Source of the DNA: an uncultured Eubacteriales bacterium
Lineage (GTDB): Bacteria > Acidobacteriota > Aminicenantia > Aminicenantales > UBA4085
DNA: 64,000 nt
NCBI GenBank assembly: GCA_964537875.1
Contig: CAZIDN010000007.1
Span: 6,720-70,719, forward strand
Direction of reading: 5' to 3'
A model generated the notes under the pieces. It searched no databases. It had not been told where the DNA came from and was given only the letters and a program-made list of their open reading frames with translations. Made by a program: the position numbers and the translations under genes. Positions 16,746 to 29,807 of the stretch are shown piece by piece. Within the stretch, counting starts at the first letter, position 1; every line of letters starts with the position of its first letter.

Positions 16746-17188
16746 ATAAGGCATTGCTCAAAGACCGGCTCATGAGCAAGGGCATCAAGCCCACCTACCA
16801 GAGGACCGCCATTCTCGGCTTCCTCTTGGATAACAGAATCCACCCCACGATCAAATCCCTGCACCACAGCCTGGTCAAGACCATCCCCACCCTCTCCAAG
16901 ACAACCCTGTACTCGACCCTCGAACTGTTTGCGGCGAAAGGGCTGGTTGCTCCCTTAACCATTGATCGTTCCGAGGTCCGCTATGACGGTCTGGCCTCGT
17001 CCCATCATCATTTTTTCTGCGAGCGCTGCGGCCGGATCATTGACCTCGATGTCTCCTGCGCCAACAGCCGGCGGGGCGAGATCGAGGGACACCGGATCAA
17101 GGAAGTCCATGGCTATTTCAAGGGCATCTGTAAAGACTGCTTGAAGCAAACATATAAAACCAATAAAAGGAGAATTTTTCATGCCTAA
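16736..17188 (+). CDS. Fur-family metalloregulator, probably PerR-type peroxide sensor
   Basis: Shows the [13 protein letters not shown]-binding helix, an HHHF motif, and the CERCG...CKDC structural Zn site. It lies directly upstream of dfx and rbr. The start is placed at the ATG at 16736 (MITNKALL...), giving the normal ~18-aa lead before the TxQR helix and a leaderless mRNA. Confidence 0.75.
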   Translation: MITNKALLKDRLMSKGIKPTYQRTAILGFLLDNRIHPTIKSLHHSLVKTIPTLSKTTLYSTLELFAAKGLVAPLTIDRSEVRYDGLASSHHHFFCERCGRIIDLDVSCANSRRGEIEGHRIKEVHGYFKGICKDCLKQTYKTNKRRIFHA

Positions 17189-17564
17189 CGTTTCAAAACG
17201 CCTGCAGGTATTCCGCTGCGCAGTCTGCGGCAACATCGTCGAAGTAATGCGCGTTGGCGCCGGCGAGCTGGTCTGCTGCGGCCAGCCGATGACGCTACTT
17301 GTCGAAAACACAGTGGATGCATCCAAGGAAAAGCATGTCCCGGTGATCGAGAAGACCGCGGACGGCGTCAAGGTCAAAATCGGCAGCGTTCCCCATCCTA
17401 TGGAGGAAAAGCATTACATCCAGTGGATCGAGCTCATCGTCGATGACAAGACCTACATCGCCTTCCTGAAGCCCGGCCAGGCGCCCGAAGCCTCATTCTG
17501 CGTAAAGGGCACGGCCATGACGGCCAGGGAATACTGCAACTTGCATGGCCTTTGGAAATCATAA
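17181..17564 (+). CDS. dfx: Desulfoferrodoxin (2Fe superoxide reductase)
   Basis: The N-terminal desulforedoxin site [10 protein letters not shown]...CCG and the C-terminal SOR site ([28 protein letters not shown]) are both present. Confidence 0.85.
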   Translation: MPNVSKRLQVFRCAVCGNIVEVMRVGAGELVCCGQPMTLLVENTVDASKEKHVPVIEKTADGVKVKIGSVPHPMEEKHYIQWIELIVDDKTYIAFLKPGQAPEASFCVKGTAMTAREYCNLHGLWKS

Positions 17565-17582
17565 AGAATAAAGGAGTTACCC

Positions 17583-18161
17583 ATGGCAAAATCCACCAAA
17601 GGAACTAAGACCGAGAAAAATCTTTTAGCCTCTTTCGCCGGCGAATCCCAAGCGCGGAATCGTTACACGTATTTTTCAAGCGTCGCCCGGAAAGCCGGCT
17701 TCGAGCAAATTTCCGCGATCTTTCTGGAGACCGCTGAAAACGAGAGAGAGCATGCCAAGCGGTTCTTCAAGCTGCTGGAAGGCGGAGATCTAGAAATCGT
17801 GGCCGCCTACCCGGCCGGCGTCATCGGCGACACCGCCGCCAACCTAGAGGCCGCTGCCGCCGGCGAACATCTGGAATGGACCAAACTCTACAAGGAAGCC
17901 GGAGAAGTCGCGGCCAAGGAAGGATTCCCGGAAATCGCCAAGCAGTTTCAGGAGATCTCCGAAGTCGAAGCCGAGCATGAGAAGCGCTACCGCAAGCTCT
18001 TGAAGAATGTCAGAGAGGGCAAAGTCTTCAAGAAGGACACGGTTGTCAAGTGGAAATGCCGGAACTGCGGCTATGTCTCTGAAGGAATTGAGGCGCCGAC
18101 GAAGTGCCCGGCCTGCGACCACGCCCAGGCGTTCTACGAGCTGATGGCGGAAAATTACTGA
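17583..18161 (+). CDS. rbr: Rubrerythrin
   Basis: The diiron motifs ENEREHAKRF and EVEAEHEKRY and the C-terminal rubredoxin-like CRNCGY...CPACDH are present. Confidence 0.85.
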   Translation: MAKSTKGTKTEKNLLASFAGESQARNRYTYFSSVARKAGFEQISAIFLETAENEREHAKRFFKLLEGGDLEIVAAYPAGVIGDTAANLEAAAAGEHLEWTKLYKEAGEVAAKEGFPEIAKQFQEISEVEAEHEKRYRKLLKNVREGKVFKKDTVVKWKCRNCGYVSEGIEAPTKCPACDHAQAFYELMAENY

Positions 18162-18179
18162 AAACGCAGATATCCTTGT

Positions 18180-19172
18180 TTATATGATTTGGGGCCGGAT
18201 GACGCGGGCGCCACGGTTCGTGAGTTCGGAGACCAGCGTATCGTACATCTCCTGGCCCTTGTAGATTCCGAGAATCGACCCGCCGGACCCGGCGAACTTG
18301 GCCGAGGCGCCCAAACGGCGGGCGGTTTCGATCATTTCTATGTTGCCCGGATGGATATTCATGATCTTGCGCCGAAGGTCGAAATTCTTGTTCATCATGT
18401 CGAACAATGCTTCCCTGTCTCCGGCGAGCATAGCCGCTTTTCCCATCTCGGCGAGGCCGGCGATCTGCCGCAGCGTTTCGATGACAAACGCATCTCCCCT
18501 CTCGTGACGAATCCGGATATCGTTCAGGACCTTGCCTGAGACCTTCCCGAGCGACGGTTTGTATGCCAAGTAAAGGTCCGGCAGAAGCTGCGGATTGAGT
18601 CGCTCATAAATACCGTAGCCCTTTTCTTTGATCATCGCTTCAGGGAGGTCCATATAGACACAGCCCTCATAGACCTGGGTTACCCTGTCCATAAAACCGG
18701 CGCTTATGTCCAGCTCATCCCGTTCCGCGCTCAGGATGAGGGAAGGCTGGATATGGATCGGAATCTCGACTCCGTAGAATTTCATCAGAGCCCGGAGGGT
18801 CGCCGTGACGATGGCGCTCGAACCTCCCAGCCCGACTTGCCGGGGAATCGTCGATTCATAGCGGATGGTGAAGTTCTGTCCTTGAAGAGGGATGTCCTGG
18901 CTCCGGCAGTATTCGTAAAATTTCTTCAGCGCCGCTTTGATTAAACGGACACCACCGTAATACCCGTAGAGGCCCACGGACTCGGCCAGTTCCTGGAGAC
19001 TTCCGTACGCTTCCCTGTCCTCGGCTCGAAGCTCGATCCGGAGTTGTGCGGATTTTTCAAGGATGCAGCGGGCGGCAAAATTTTTGACAGAAATAGCGAT
19101 GATCTTCCCGAAATAGCCGTCCGATGGATTTCCCAGGATGCCCGCCCGCGCGTAAGCAACGCCTTCAATCAT
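18180..19172 (-). CDS. GHMP-family sugar kinase (specific substrate not determinable)
   Basis: The GHMP ATP-binding motif PRQVGLGGSSAIVTA is present. Total length is 330 aa. Confidence 0.6.
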   Translation of the reverse strand: MIEGVAYARAGILGNPSDGYFGKIIAISVKNFAARCILEKSAQLRIELRAEDREAYGSLQELAESVGLYGYYGGVRLIKAALKKFYEYCRSQDIPLQGQNFTIRYESTIPRQVGLGGSSAIVTATLRALMKFYGVEIPIHIQPSLILSAERDELDISAGFMDRVTQVYEGCVYMDLPEAMIKEKGYGIYERLNPQLLPDLYLAYKPSLGKVSGKVLNDIRIRHERGDAFVIETLRQIAGLAEMGKAAMLAGDREALFDMMNKNFDLRRKIMNIHPGNIEMIETARRLGASAKFAGSGGSILGIYKGQEMYDTLVSELTNRGARVIRPQII

Positions 19173-20035
19173 GCTTTTGCCCCGTCGATCGCGGCCAATG
19201 CGCCTCGGATATAGCCGATGGATTCGGCGGCGCCGGGAAGAGGATCTTTTTCGTCCTTCTCATATTCCAGGCTGACCGTCCCGGCATAGCCCAGCTTTAT
19301 CAGCGTCCTTAAAAACTTGGGGATATCGATCACGCCCCGTCCGACCTCAATGGCTCCCCCTTCGGCCGAGGAGGCCGTGACGTCCTTGATATGGACGTCG
19401 AGCAGGCGGTCGAAAAACTGCTCGGCCGCCGCCGCCGGGTCCACGGCACTGCGCTGGGTATGACCGATATCCAGGCATAGGCCGATTCGCGGATCGAGCT
19501 CCTTGATCTTCTCGACAATGCTCTCAGGCGTTGGGTAGAGCTTGTCCGACGGGCCATGGTTGTGGATTGCCATCCGGATGTCGTACTCCTGCACTTTTTT
19601 ATGGACCAAGCCCAGCAACTCGTGGTTCGGAACGCCGACGATGATCTGCATGCCGGCAGCTTTGGCATAATCAAAGGCTTGCTGCACTTCCTGCTCATTC
19701 TTCATATAGATCACACCGCCTGCGTAGGGATCGAGACCGGCCGTTTTGACTTTCGTCACCGCCGCCTGGATGGCCTCGGCGGTGCTGTCGAGCGGCAGAT
19801 GGAAACTTTTAAAGGAGATCCTCTCCAGTCCCAGCCGTTTTGTGAAGATGAGCGTCTCGTCCAGGCCGAAGGCTCGAAAAGTGTATGAAGCCATGCCGAG
19901 CTCGAATTTTGGCGCGGCCTTGGGGATTTCTTGGCGGCTTTTCTCAGGCGAAGTCCGGACCATAGTCGCGCACGACGGCGCGGCCAGAGTAATTCCTAAG
20001 GCTTTTAGGAAATGCCTTCGCGATGTTTTTTTCAT
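19169..20035 (-). CDS. Xylose-isomerase-like TIM-barrel protein (sugar phosphate isomerase/epimerase family), TAT-secreted
   Basis: A twin-arginine signal (SRRHFLKALGITLAAPS) is present. The AP-endonuclease-2/XylA-like barrel motifs ...MAIHNHG...CLDIGH... are present. Confidence 0.65.
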   Translation of the reverse strand: MKKTSRRHFLKALGITLAAPSCATMVRTSPEKSRQEIPKAAPKFELGMASYTFRAFGLDETLIFTKRLGLERISFKSFHLPLDSTAEAIQAAVTKVKTAGLDPYAGGVIYMKNEQEVQQAFDYAKAAGMQIIVGVPNHELLGLVHKKVQEYDIRMAIHNHGPSDKLYPTPESIVEKIKELDPRIGLCLDIGHTQRSAVDPAAAAEQFFDRLLDVHIKDVTASSAEGGAIEVGRGVIDIPKFLRTLIKLGYAGTVSLEYEKDEKDPLPGAAESIGYIRGALAAIDGAKA

Positions 20036-20149
20036 ATCTCTGTCCCTCGGTTCAAATCGCCTTCACTGGCTTGGGCTTTTTGATGCTTTTTATATATACA
20101 CTAAAAAAAGAGCCGATTCCAGCGGACGCAGAAAGCAGGTCAATTTGTG

Positions 20150-20286
20150 TGATTTCAAAGAAGCGTGGCAGTTGCCCCTGAGGCCCCCATAGCGGAGGGG
20201 GGCCCCGTCGGTTTGTCGACGGGGGGAACCGACGGGACTGGTTCCCCAGGGGGCAAGGGGGCAACTGCCACGCTTCTTTGAAATCA
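20150..20286. repeat. Family-B structured repeat, copy B2. A 30-bp perfect outer stem TGATTTCAAAGAAGCGTGGCAGTTGCCCCT / AGGGGGCAACTGCCACGCTTCTTTGAAATCA encloses the conserved core.
   Basis: It sits in the divergent intergenic region between the TIM-barrel gene and the DUF1080 gene. Confidence 0.85.
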
Positions 20287-20366
20287 TATATTTGGGGAGG
20301 CTTTCGGGAACCATTGCCGACAGTTGAAATTTTCGGCCGGGTTTGTCATGATGACCGTGAAGGAGA

Positions 20367-21176
20367 TTGAATCCCATGAGAAGAAAGATACATACGGCTA
20401 TTTTCATTGCGGCCGCGACTCTGGTCATGGCTTCCCTATGCGTCCAATCGGCCCAGAACAAGACCGCAGCTCCTCAATCCACGCCAAACCTCAACGCTCT
20501 GACAAAAGATGAAGCCGGACAAGGCTGGATCTTGCTCTTTGACGGAAAAACCTTCAACGGCTGGCGCGGGCTGGGCCGCAATGCGGTCCCTAAAGAGCAC
20601 TGGATCCTCGAGGACCATGCCATCAAAAAAGTTCCCACCAAGGATGTGCCTCGCCAGGCGGACGGCCAGCCCCTCGCCGGCGGAGACCTCATGACGATCG
20701 AGACGTTCGAAGATTTCGAGCTGGCCTTTGACTGGAAGATCAGCCCGGCCGGGAACTCCGGCGTGAAATACAACGTCTCCGAGGAGATGTCTGTGGCCAA
20801 TGCCCCCAATCGCGCCGCCCTCGGCTTTGAATACCAGGTTCTTGACGATGAGAAAAATGCGGACGCCAAAAACGGCCCCAACAGGACGGCCGCCGCACTC
20901 TATGACCTCATCCCGCCCCAGAATCAAAAACTCAAGCCGGTCGGCGCGTATAACACGGCCAAGATCGTCTTCAAGGGCAGCCACGGCGAGCACTGGCTCA
21001 ACGGCCTCAAAGTGCTGGAGTATGACCTAGGGACGCCCCGAATGAACGAGCTCCTGGCTAAAAGTAAATACAAAAATATCCCCAATTTTGCCCAGAAGCG
21101 GAAAGGCCACATCGTGCTTCAGGACCACACGGATGCGGTCTGGTATAGAAACATCAAGATCCGCAGGCTCAAATAA
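20367..21176 (+). CDS. DUF1080 family protein (3-keto-disaccharide hydrolase-like, concanavalin-type fold), secreted
   Basis: A signal peptide is present. The motifs GW..LFDGKTFNGW, DFELAFDWKISPAGNSGVKY, EYQVLDD and HIVLQDH fit the PF06439 pattern. Confidence 0.6.
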   Translation: MNPMRRKIHTAIFIAAATLVMASLCVQSAQNKTAAPQSTPNLNALTKDEAGQGWILLFDGKTFNGWRGLGRNAVPKEHWILEDHAIKKVPTKDVPRQADGQPLAGGDLMTIETFEDFELAFDWKISPAGNSGVKYNVSEEMSVANAPNRAALGFEYQVLDDEKNADAKNGPNRTAAALYDLIPPQNQKLKPVGAYNTAKIVFKGSHGEHWLNGLKVLEYDLGTPRMNELLAKSKYKNIPNFAQKRKGHIVLQDHTDAVWYRNIKIRRLK

Positions 21177-21188
21177 GAAGGACGACGG

Positions 21189-22094
21189 TTATTTCCACAA
21201 TTTTTTTGGATAGACGCCGGCGCCGACAAGCTTCACCAATTCTTCCTTGACTCGGGGCTTGTCCTCTCGATAGGTCACGCCGAACCATTTTTCCTTGGTC
21301 TCCAGGACCTTGACCGTAACCTGCCCGTTCTTCACCAGTTTATTGATCACCAGGGGAATGAAAATCTCAGCCTTGGGGTTCTTCAGGTTTTCCGCGAGGA
21401 AATTCTCGAACGCCCGCTTGGCAAAACCGAAAAACGTCGGCGTGAAACCCCAAAAATTCATGGACACGATCTCATCCCCCCGGAAGGGCGCCAACTGGCC
21501 CTGGTCATCCTTGAAAAATATCCCGCGCGGCGTTTTTTCGATATGGACTCTCTCGACGATGTCCAGGAGCATACCCTGATCGTCGGCCTGGCAGACTCCC
21601 CTAGCCACCGAGCCGTGTTCAGACAGGGTGCTGCTGAGGTCATACCCGACCAATGAGTACGCGTTTTCCTCACTTTTTACTTTCAGCAGAAAGTCCGCCA
21701 TGACTTTGAAGGCGCCCGCCCCGTAAAAATCATCCGCGTTGATGACGGCAAAAGGTCCGCCAATATTCTTCTCGGCGGCGAGCACGGCATGGGATGTTCC
21801 CCACGGCTTTTTTCTGTCGGGGGGGACCTGGAATCCAGCCGGGACGTCCTCCAGTTCCTGGAACACATAGCCCACGTCGGCCCGGCGTTCCCAGCGCTTG
21901 AGGAGAGCTTCCTTGAACTCCTCCTCGATGCTCTTGCGGATGACGAAAATCACGTCCCCGAAACCGGCCCGCAGGGCATCAAAGATGGAATAATCGATGA
22001 TCGTTTCCCCTGAGGGGCCGACTTGGTCGACCTGCTTCAGGCTTCCATAGCGGCTGCCAATCCCCGCGGCCAGGATGACGATCGACGGTTTCAT
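21189..22094 (-). CDS. Sugar-phosphate nucleotidyltransferase family protein
   Basis: The N-terminal IVILAAGIGSRYG (NTP-transferase G-rich loop) and the KPWGTSHAVL...INADDFYG core are present. The start is placed at MKPSIV. Confidence 0.55.
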   Translation of the reverse strand: MKPSIVILAAGIGSRYGSLKQVDQVGPSGETIIDYSIFDALRAGFGDVIFVIRKSIEEEFKEALLKRWERRADVGYVFQELEDVPAGFQVPPDRKKPWGTSHAVLAAEKNIGGPFAVINADDFYGAGAFKVMADFLLKVKSEENAYSLVGYDLSSTLSEHGSVARGVCQADDQGMLLDIVERVHIEKTPRGIFFKDDQGQLAPFRGDEIVSMNFWGFTPTFFGFAKRAFENFLAENLKNPKAEIFIPLVINKLVKNGQVTVKVLETKEKWFGVTYREDKPRVKEELVKLVGAGVYPKKLWK

Positions 22095-22218
22095 GATCAA
22101 AACTCCCGCCCCTATTCCTATCATATTCTATCCCGCATTGACAACCTTCTCTGCTCATGTTTTAATTCTAGTTGAAAGAAGAGACCAAGCCGCGCCGTCT
22201 AAAAGATGAGGACGACCG

Positions 22219-24150
22219 ATGAAATGCCCATCCTGTCAGGCTGATAACCGCGAAGACAGCCGGTTCTGCCACCAGTGCGCGACCCCTCTTCCTAAGGACA
22301 TTCAGCCGCCTGTCGCCCCGACAAGGACCATGCTGACCCCTTTCGAGGACCTTTCCCGGGGCACGGTCTTTGCCGGCCGCTACGAAGTGATCGAAGAGAT
22401 TGGCAAGGGCGGCATGGGCAAGGTCTTCAGAGTCTATGACCAGAAGATCAACGAGATCGTCGCCTTGAAGCTCATCAAGCCCGAGATCGGCTTCAACGAA
22501 AAGGCCGTCGAGCGCTTCAAGAATGAGCTGAAGATCGCCCGCAAGATCTCTCACAGGAATGTCTGCCGCCTCTACGACCTGGGCGAATACGGCCTGGCCC
22601 ACTTCATCACCATGGAATATGTGGAAGGTGAGGATCTCAAGAAATTCATCCGGCGGGCGGGCCAAATGACAACGGGCAAGGCCATCTCCCTTTCCAAGCA
22701 GGTCTGCGAAGGATTGATCGAAGCCCACCGTCTCGGGGTCGTCCATAGAGACCTCAAGCCGCAGAACGTCATGATCGACCGCGACGGCAACGCCCGGATC
22801 ATGGACTTCGGCCTGGCCCGTTTCGTCGAGGCCGAAGGCGTGACGGGCTCGGGCGTCCTGCTCGGCACTCCCGAATACATGTCCCCGGAGCAGGTGGACC
22901 TCAAGGAAGTCGACGCCCGGTCGGACATCTACTCGCTGGGCATCATTTTATATGAAATGGTGACGGGAAAAGTCCCCTTCGAAGGAGAAACGCCGCTCAG
23001 CATCGCCATCAAGCACAAGAATGAAAAGCCGAGGGATCTCCATGAGCTGAATCCGCTGGTGCCGGACTCCCTGACCCGCGTGATTTATAAATGTCTGGAA
23101 AAAGACCGCGCCGAGCGCTACCAGAGCGGGGAGGAGCTTCTCCAGGACCTGACCCGGATCGAAGAGGGACTCCCGACGGCCGGCAAAGAGAAGCCTAAGA
23201 CAAAAGGCGAGCCTCTGGGGACCAAGGAAATCACTGTTAAGTTCACGCTGAGAAAGCTTCTCGTTCCCGCGCTCCTCCTGATCATCATCGTCCTCGGCGC
23301 TCTGATCCTTTTCAAAAAGCCAGCCCAGGACACGCGCGGAAACCGGCCGCCTTTTTCCACCGACGCAAGCTCTGGAAAAACGCAACCTTCTTACTTCCGT
23401 GATGTCAATCAGCCTCCTCCTCCGGGAACTCCGCCGAGCGATACTTTGGGACGGATCGGAAGCGCTCTCTCCAAATTTATCCCTTCCAAAGAACAGCTCG
23501 ACGTTCAGGGGACTGAAAAATTCATGGAGAGCATCAAAGGGATCATCCCGGAAAAGGGGCCCTATCAGGAGGCCTACAATAAGGCGGTCGAGCTCATCCA
23601 ACAAAGAAAAAAATTAAGCGACACGGGAAATTCAGAGGGCGCCCGACAGACCAGCAAAGACGCCCAGGGAGAAATGCAGAAGCTGCTATCCCTGGTCTCC
23701 GAACGTCAGTCGGCCCAAAAAGCGAAGGAAATCATGACCGTCGCCAAAACGCAGGCCAGGCAAAAAGCCAATCTGGAAAAGAATCTTTTGTTCCGGCTGG
23801 CCAGCTACGAAGAAAGCAATGCCAACGAAGCCTTCGTCAAGAACGACTACTCCGGCGCCAAGATCCTCTACCAGCTCCTGGATAGGATTTTCGTTCTCTG
23901 CCCCCAATGCGGAAACGATAAAAGCTGCGTCGACACTCTTCAGCTCTTGGTGGCCGGCCTCAAGAAAGACGTGGAGAGATTGCCGGCGGGCTCGGTCGAT
24001 CAATGGCTGAATGAATACGCCAGGCAGATCGAAACTCAGGCGGCGGCATTCTTGGAGAAGCGGGAGTTCGAGAATGCAGGCGGGGCTTATATCCGAGCGG
24101 CCTTCCTCTATGAAAAGATTCTTGAGCCGGCCTCTCCGGCAGGCAAGTAA
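22219..24150 (+). CDS. Hanks-type Ser/Thr protein kinase with N-terminal zinc ribbon, single TM and C-terminal extracytoplasmic/coiled-coil domain
   Basis: The zinc ribbon is CPSCQ...CHQC. The kinase motifs GKGGMGKV, VALK, HRDLKPQN, DFGLAR and SPE are present. A TM segment is at LLVPALLLIIIVLGALILF. Confidence 0.8.
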   Translation: MKCPSCQADNREDSRFCHQCATPLPKDIQPPVAPTRTMLTPFEDLSRGTVFAGRYEVIEEIGKGGMGKVFRVYDQKINEIVALKLIKPEIGFNEKAVERFKNELKIARKISHRNVCRLYDLGEYGLAHFITMEYVEGEDLKKFIRRAGQMTTGKAISLSKQVCEGLIEAHRLGVVHRDLKPQNVMIDRDGNARIMDFGLARFVEAEGVTGSGVLLGTPEYMSPEQVDLKEVDARSDIYSLGIILYEMVTGKVPFEGETPLSIAIKHKNEKPRDLHELNPLVPDSLTRVIYKCLEKDRAERYQSGEELLQDLTRIEEGLPTAGKEKPKTKGEPLGTKEITVKFTLRKLLVPALLLIIIVLGALILFKKPAQDTRGNRPPFSTDASSGKTQPSYFRDVNQPPPPGTPPSDTLGRIGSALSKFIPSKEQLDVQGTEKFMESIKGIIPEKGPYQEAYNKAVELIQQRKKLSDTGNSEGARQTSKDAQGEMQKLLSLVSERQSAQKAKEIMTVAKTQARQKANLEKNLLFRLASYEESNANEAFVKNDYSGAKILYQLLDRIFVLCPQCGNDKSCVDTLQLLVAGLKKDVERLPAGSVDQWLNEYARQIETQAAAFLEKREFENAGGAYIRAAFLYEKILEPASPAGK

Positions 24151-24251
24151 TAGCAGGGCCGGGTCAACTTTAGATTCAATGAGAGGGATTGCCGGAACAG
24201 GTTCTCCGAACTCTTGTCATAGATCGTGACTTCCCGATAGTTGTAAACCAG

Positions 24252-27614
<3,363 letters not shown>

Positions 27615-27835
27615 GACAATCTCCTTTAAGCATTTTTCCCTGATAGAGATAGGAGCCCGTCATTCCGAGAAGCGAAGCGACGCGGCAATCTCATTGGGAA
27701 TATTATATAAAGAAAGGCAAAAAAATCCATTCTTTATCTATGACGAAATCTAGAATTGAAAAGTTCACCTTGGGGGCGTCAAGAACTCCGGGTTATGCGA
27801 AATCGCAGCGAATTCTCGTGGAAGCACCCAAACAA

Positions 27836-27973
27836 GTGATTTTCTATCGGTACCGCAATCGCCCCCAAGGCCCCATAGCGGAGGGGGGCCCCCGTCGGCT
27901 TTTCGACGGGGGGAACCGACGGGACTGGTTCCCCAGGGGCCGGGGGGCGATTGCGGTACCGATAGAAAATCAC
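27836..27973. repeat. Family-B structured repeat, copy B3. A 31-bp perfect outer stem GTGATTTTCTATCGGTACCGCAATCGCCCCC / GGGGGCGATTGCGGTACCGATAGAAAATCAC encloses the conserved core.
   Basis: It sits in the divergent intergenic region between the tricorn-like and M48 genes. Confidence 0.85.
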
Positions 27974-28061
27974 ACAGGCGGATATGCTTACGAGTCCCTC
28001 TTTCAACTTGCCAACACGGCTGTGTTCTCTTACTATAGGGAGACGGTAGCCGGAGACCGAC

Positions 28062-29804
28062 ATGGAACAACGAGCCTTGAAGCGAAACCTGGCCCGGGAC
28101 TTTTACGAGATCCAAAAACAGCAGTCCAGGAAAAGTCAGGGGATCCTGGCCGTCCTCGTTGTTTTTTATTTCCTGGCCGTCAGCCTGATCGCGTTCACCA
28201 TCTGGCTGAGCACGGGCTTGATTCTGGCCAGGGCCCCTCTCTTCACCGGCGCCTTCTGGACAAAATTCCTCCTTACGTGTTTCGGCGCAGCCGTCATCTT
28301 CGCCATCCTGCATTATTATGATGCCCGGAAGTTTGGCGCCTCATTCATCCTCAGGAGGCTGTGCGCCCAAGAGCCGGACCGGTCCGACCGCTATCACCTG
28401 CAGTTCATCAATGCCGTGGAGGAGATGCAAATCGCCAGCGGGCTGCCCAAGGTCAAGCCCTCGATCCTTCCCACATTTGCCATCAATTCGCTGGCCCTTA
28501 TCGAATCTGACAAGACTCCCTGCGTCGTCGTGACCGAGGGGCTCCTGGCGGATTTCACAAGGGACGAGCTGGAGGCCGTCGTCGCCCATGAACTGGCCCA
28601 CATTGCCCGGGGCGACACACTGTATATGACCCTGGTCTGCTCGCTGGCCAATTTTTTTGAGCGCATCAGGGAAGCCTTAGAGCCCGGGGATACGGACTCG
28701 GGAGAATTCGCCGAAACCCGGGGCGACAGGCGCCATCCTTCATCCCTGGTCTATGTGGCGGTGGCCATTTCGACGATGGTGATGCGTCTTCTCAGCATGT
28801 TGATCAGCCGGCAACGCGAGCTCCTGGCGGACGCTGCCGCCGTCGAATTCAGCCGAAATCCTGTAGCCTTAGCCCGGGCTATCTACAAAGCTCATGTCAA
28901 AAATTCGTTTGTCGGAGATTTCAACCAGACCTACAGCCCGCTGTTCATCGTCGCCCCGGACGCCCACAGTGAATCCGAGGACTTCCTGAGCCGCCTGATC
29001 AGCACTCATCCGCCGCTCATGACGCGCATCGGGCACCTGGCTCAAATGGCCGGCCTGACCCCAGCGGCCGTCATCGATCAGGTGCGGGACATTCAAAAAG
29101 AGAGAGAAAAAGCGAAAATCGTCCTTCATGCCTTTGAGGAAACGCATCAAGGAGCCGTCCTGCCGGCTCCCGATCCCTCGATCTTGTCGGCTCTTGCCCA
29201 AGACAAGGTCTGGCTGATCCTTTCTCCCAAGCAACAATGGCAGGGGCCCTATTCCCTTCAGGACCTCCTCTTTCTCCCGAACTTCACGCCGCTCGTCCTC
29301 ATCAAAAATATCCAGGAAGGCGTCGAAGCCCGGGCCCGACAATTCCCCCAGATCCGGACCGCCCTGGAAAAGCTGGCCCGCAAAAAGCCGGTCAACGAAG
29401 CCGTCCTCAACAAATGCCCGCGCTGCAAGATCCCCTTGACCGATACCTTCTACGAGGGCGTCCCGGTGAAGATCTGCAGCCGGTGTTCCGGGAAGCTTGT
29501 CGACCAGGCCGCCATGGAGCGTATTCTCGACCGCCAGGAGGTCGGATTCTCCGAGGATCTGGCCAAGAAGGCACAGGAATTCAAGGAAAAATTCTTGCTC
29601 AACCCGATCAAAACGCAGAAAATATCGGCCAAGGAGCAGCCCAATTCATACTGTCCGAATTGCGGCTACAAAATGACGCCTCGACCTTACAACTACCAGT
29701 ATTTCATCCCGGTGGATAAATGTCTCTCCTGCTTCAAGGTCTGGTACGATGCCGACGAGCTCGAAATCCTTCAGGTTCTCGTCGAGAAGGCCAAAGCCGG
29801 CTGA
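28062..29804 (+). CDS. M48-family (HtpX-like) zinc metalloprotease with N-terminal TM helices and two C-terminal zf-TFIIB-type zinc ribbons
   Basis: The HELAHIARGD (HExxH) motif lies after TM helices. The C-terminal CPRC...CSRCSGKLVDQAAMERIL and CPNC...CLSCFKVWYDADELEILQ each match the CPxC...CxxCgGvWlDagEL ribbon pattern. Confidence 0.65.
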   Translation: MEQRALKRNLARDFYEIQKQQSRKSQGILAVLVVFYFLAVSLIAFTIWLSTGLILARAPLFTGAFWTKFLLTCFGAAVIFAILHYYDARKFGASFILRRLCAQEPDRSDRYHLQFINAVEEMQIASGLPKVKPSILPTFAINSLALIESDKTPCVVVTEGLLADFTRDELEAVVAHELAHIARGDTLYMTLVCSLANFFERIREALEPGDTDSGEFAETRGDRRHPSSLVYVAVAISTMVMRLLSMLISRQRELLADAAAVEFSRNPVALARAIYKAHVKNSFVGDFNQTYSPLFIVAPDAHSESEDFLSRLISTHPPLMTRIGHLAQMAGLTPAAVIDQVRDIQKEREKAKIVLHAFEETHQGAVLPAPDPSILSALAQDKVWLILSPKQQWQGPYSLQDLLFLPNFTPLVLIKNIQEGVEARARQFPQIRTALEKLARKKPVNEAVLNKCPRCKIPLTDTFYEGVPVKICSRCSGKLVDQAAMERILDRQEVGFSEDLAKKAQEFKEKFLLNPIKTQKISAKEQPNSYCPNCGYKMTPRPYNYQYFIPVDKCLSCFKVWYDADELEILQVLVEKAKAG

Positions 29805-29807
29805 GGC

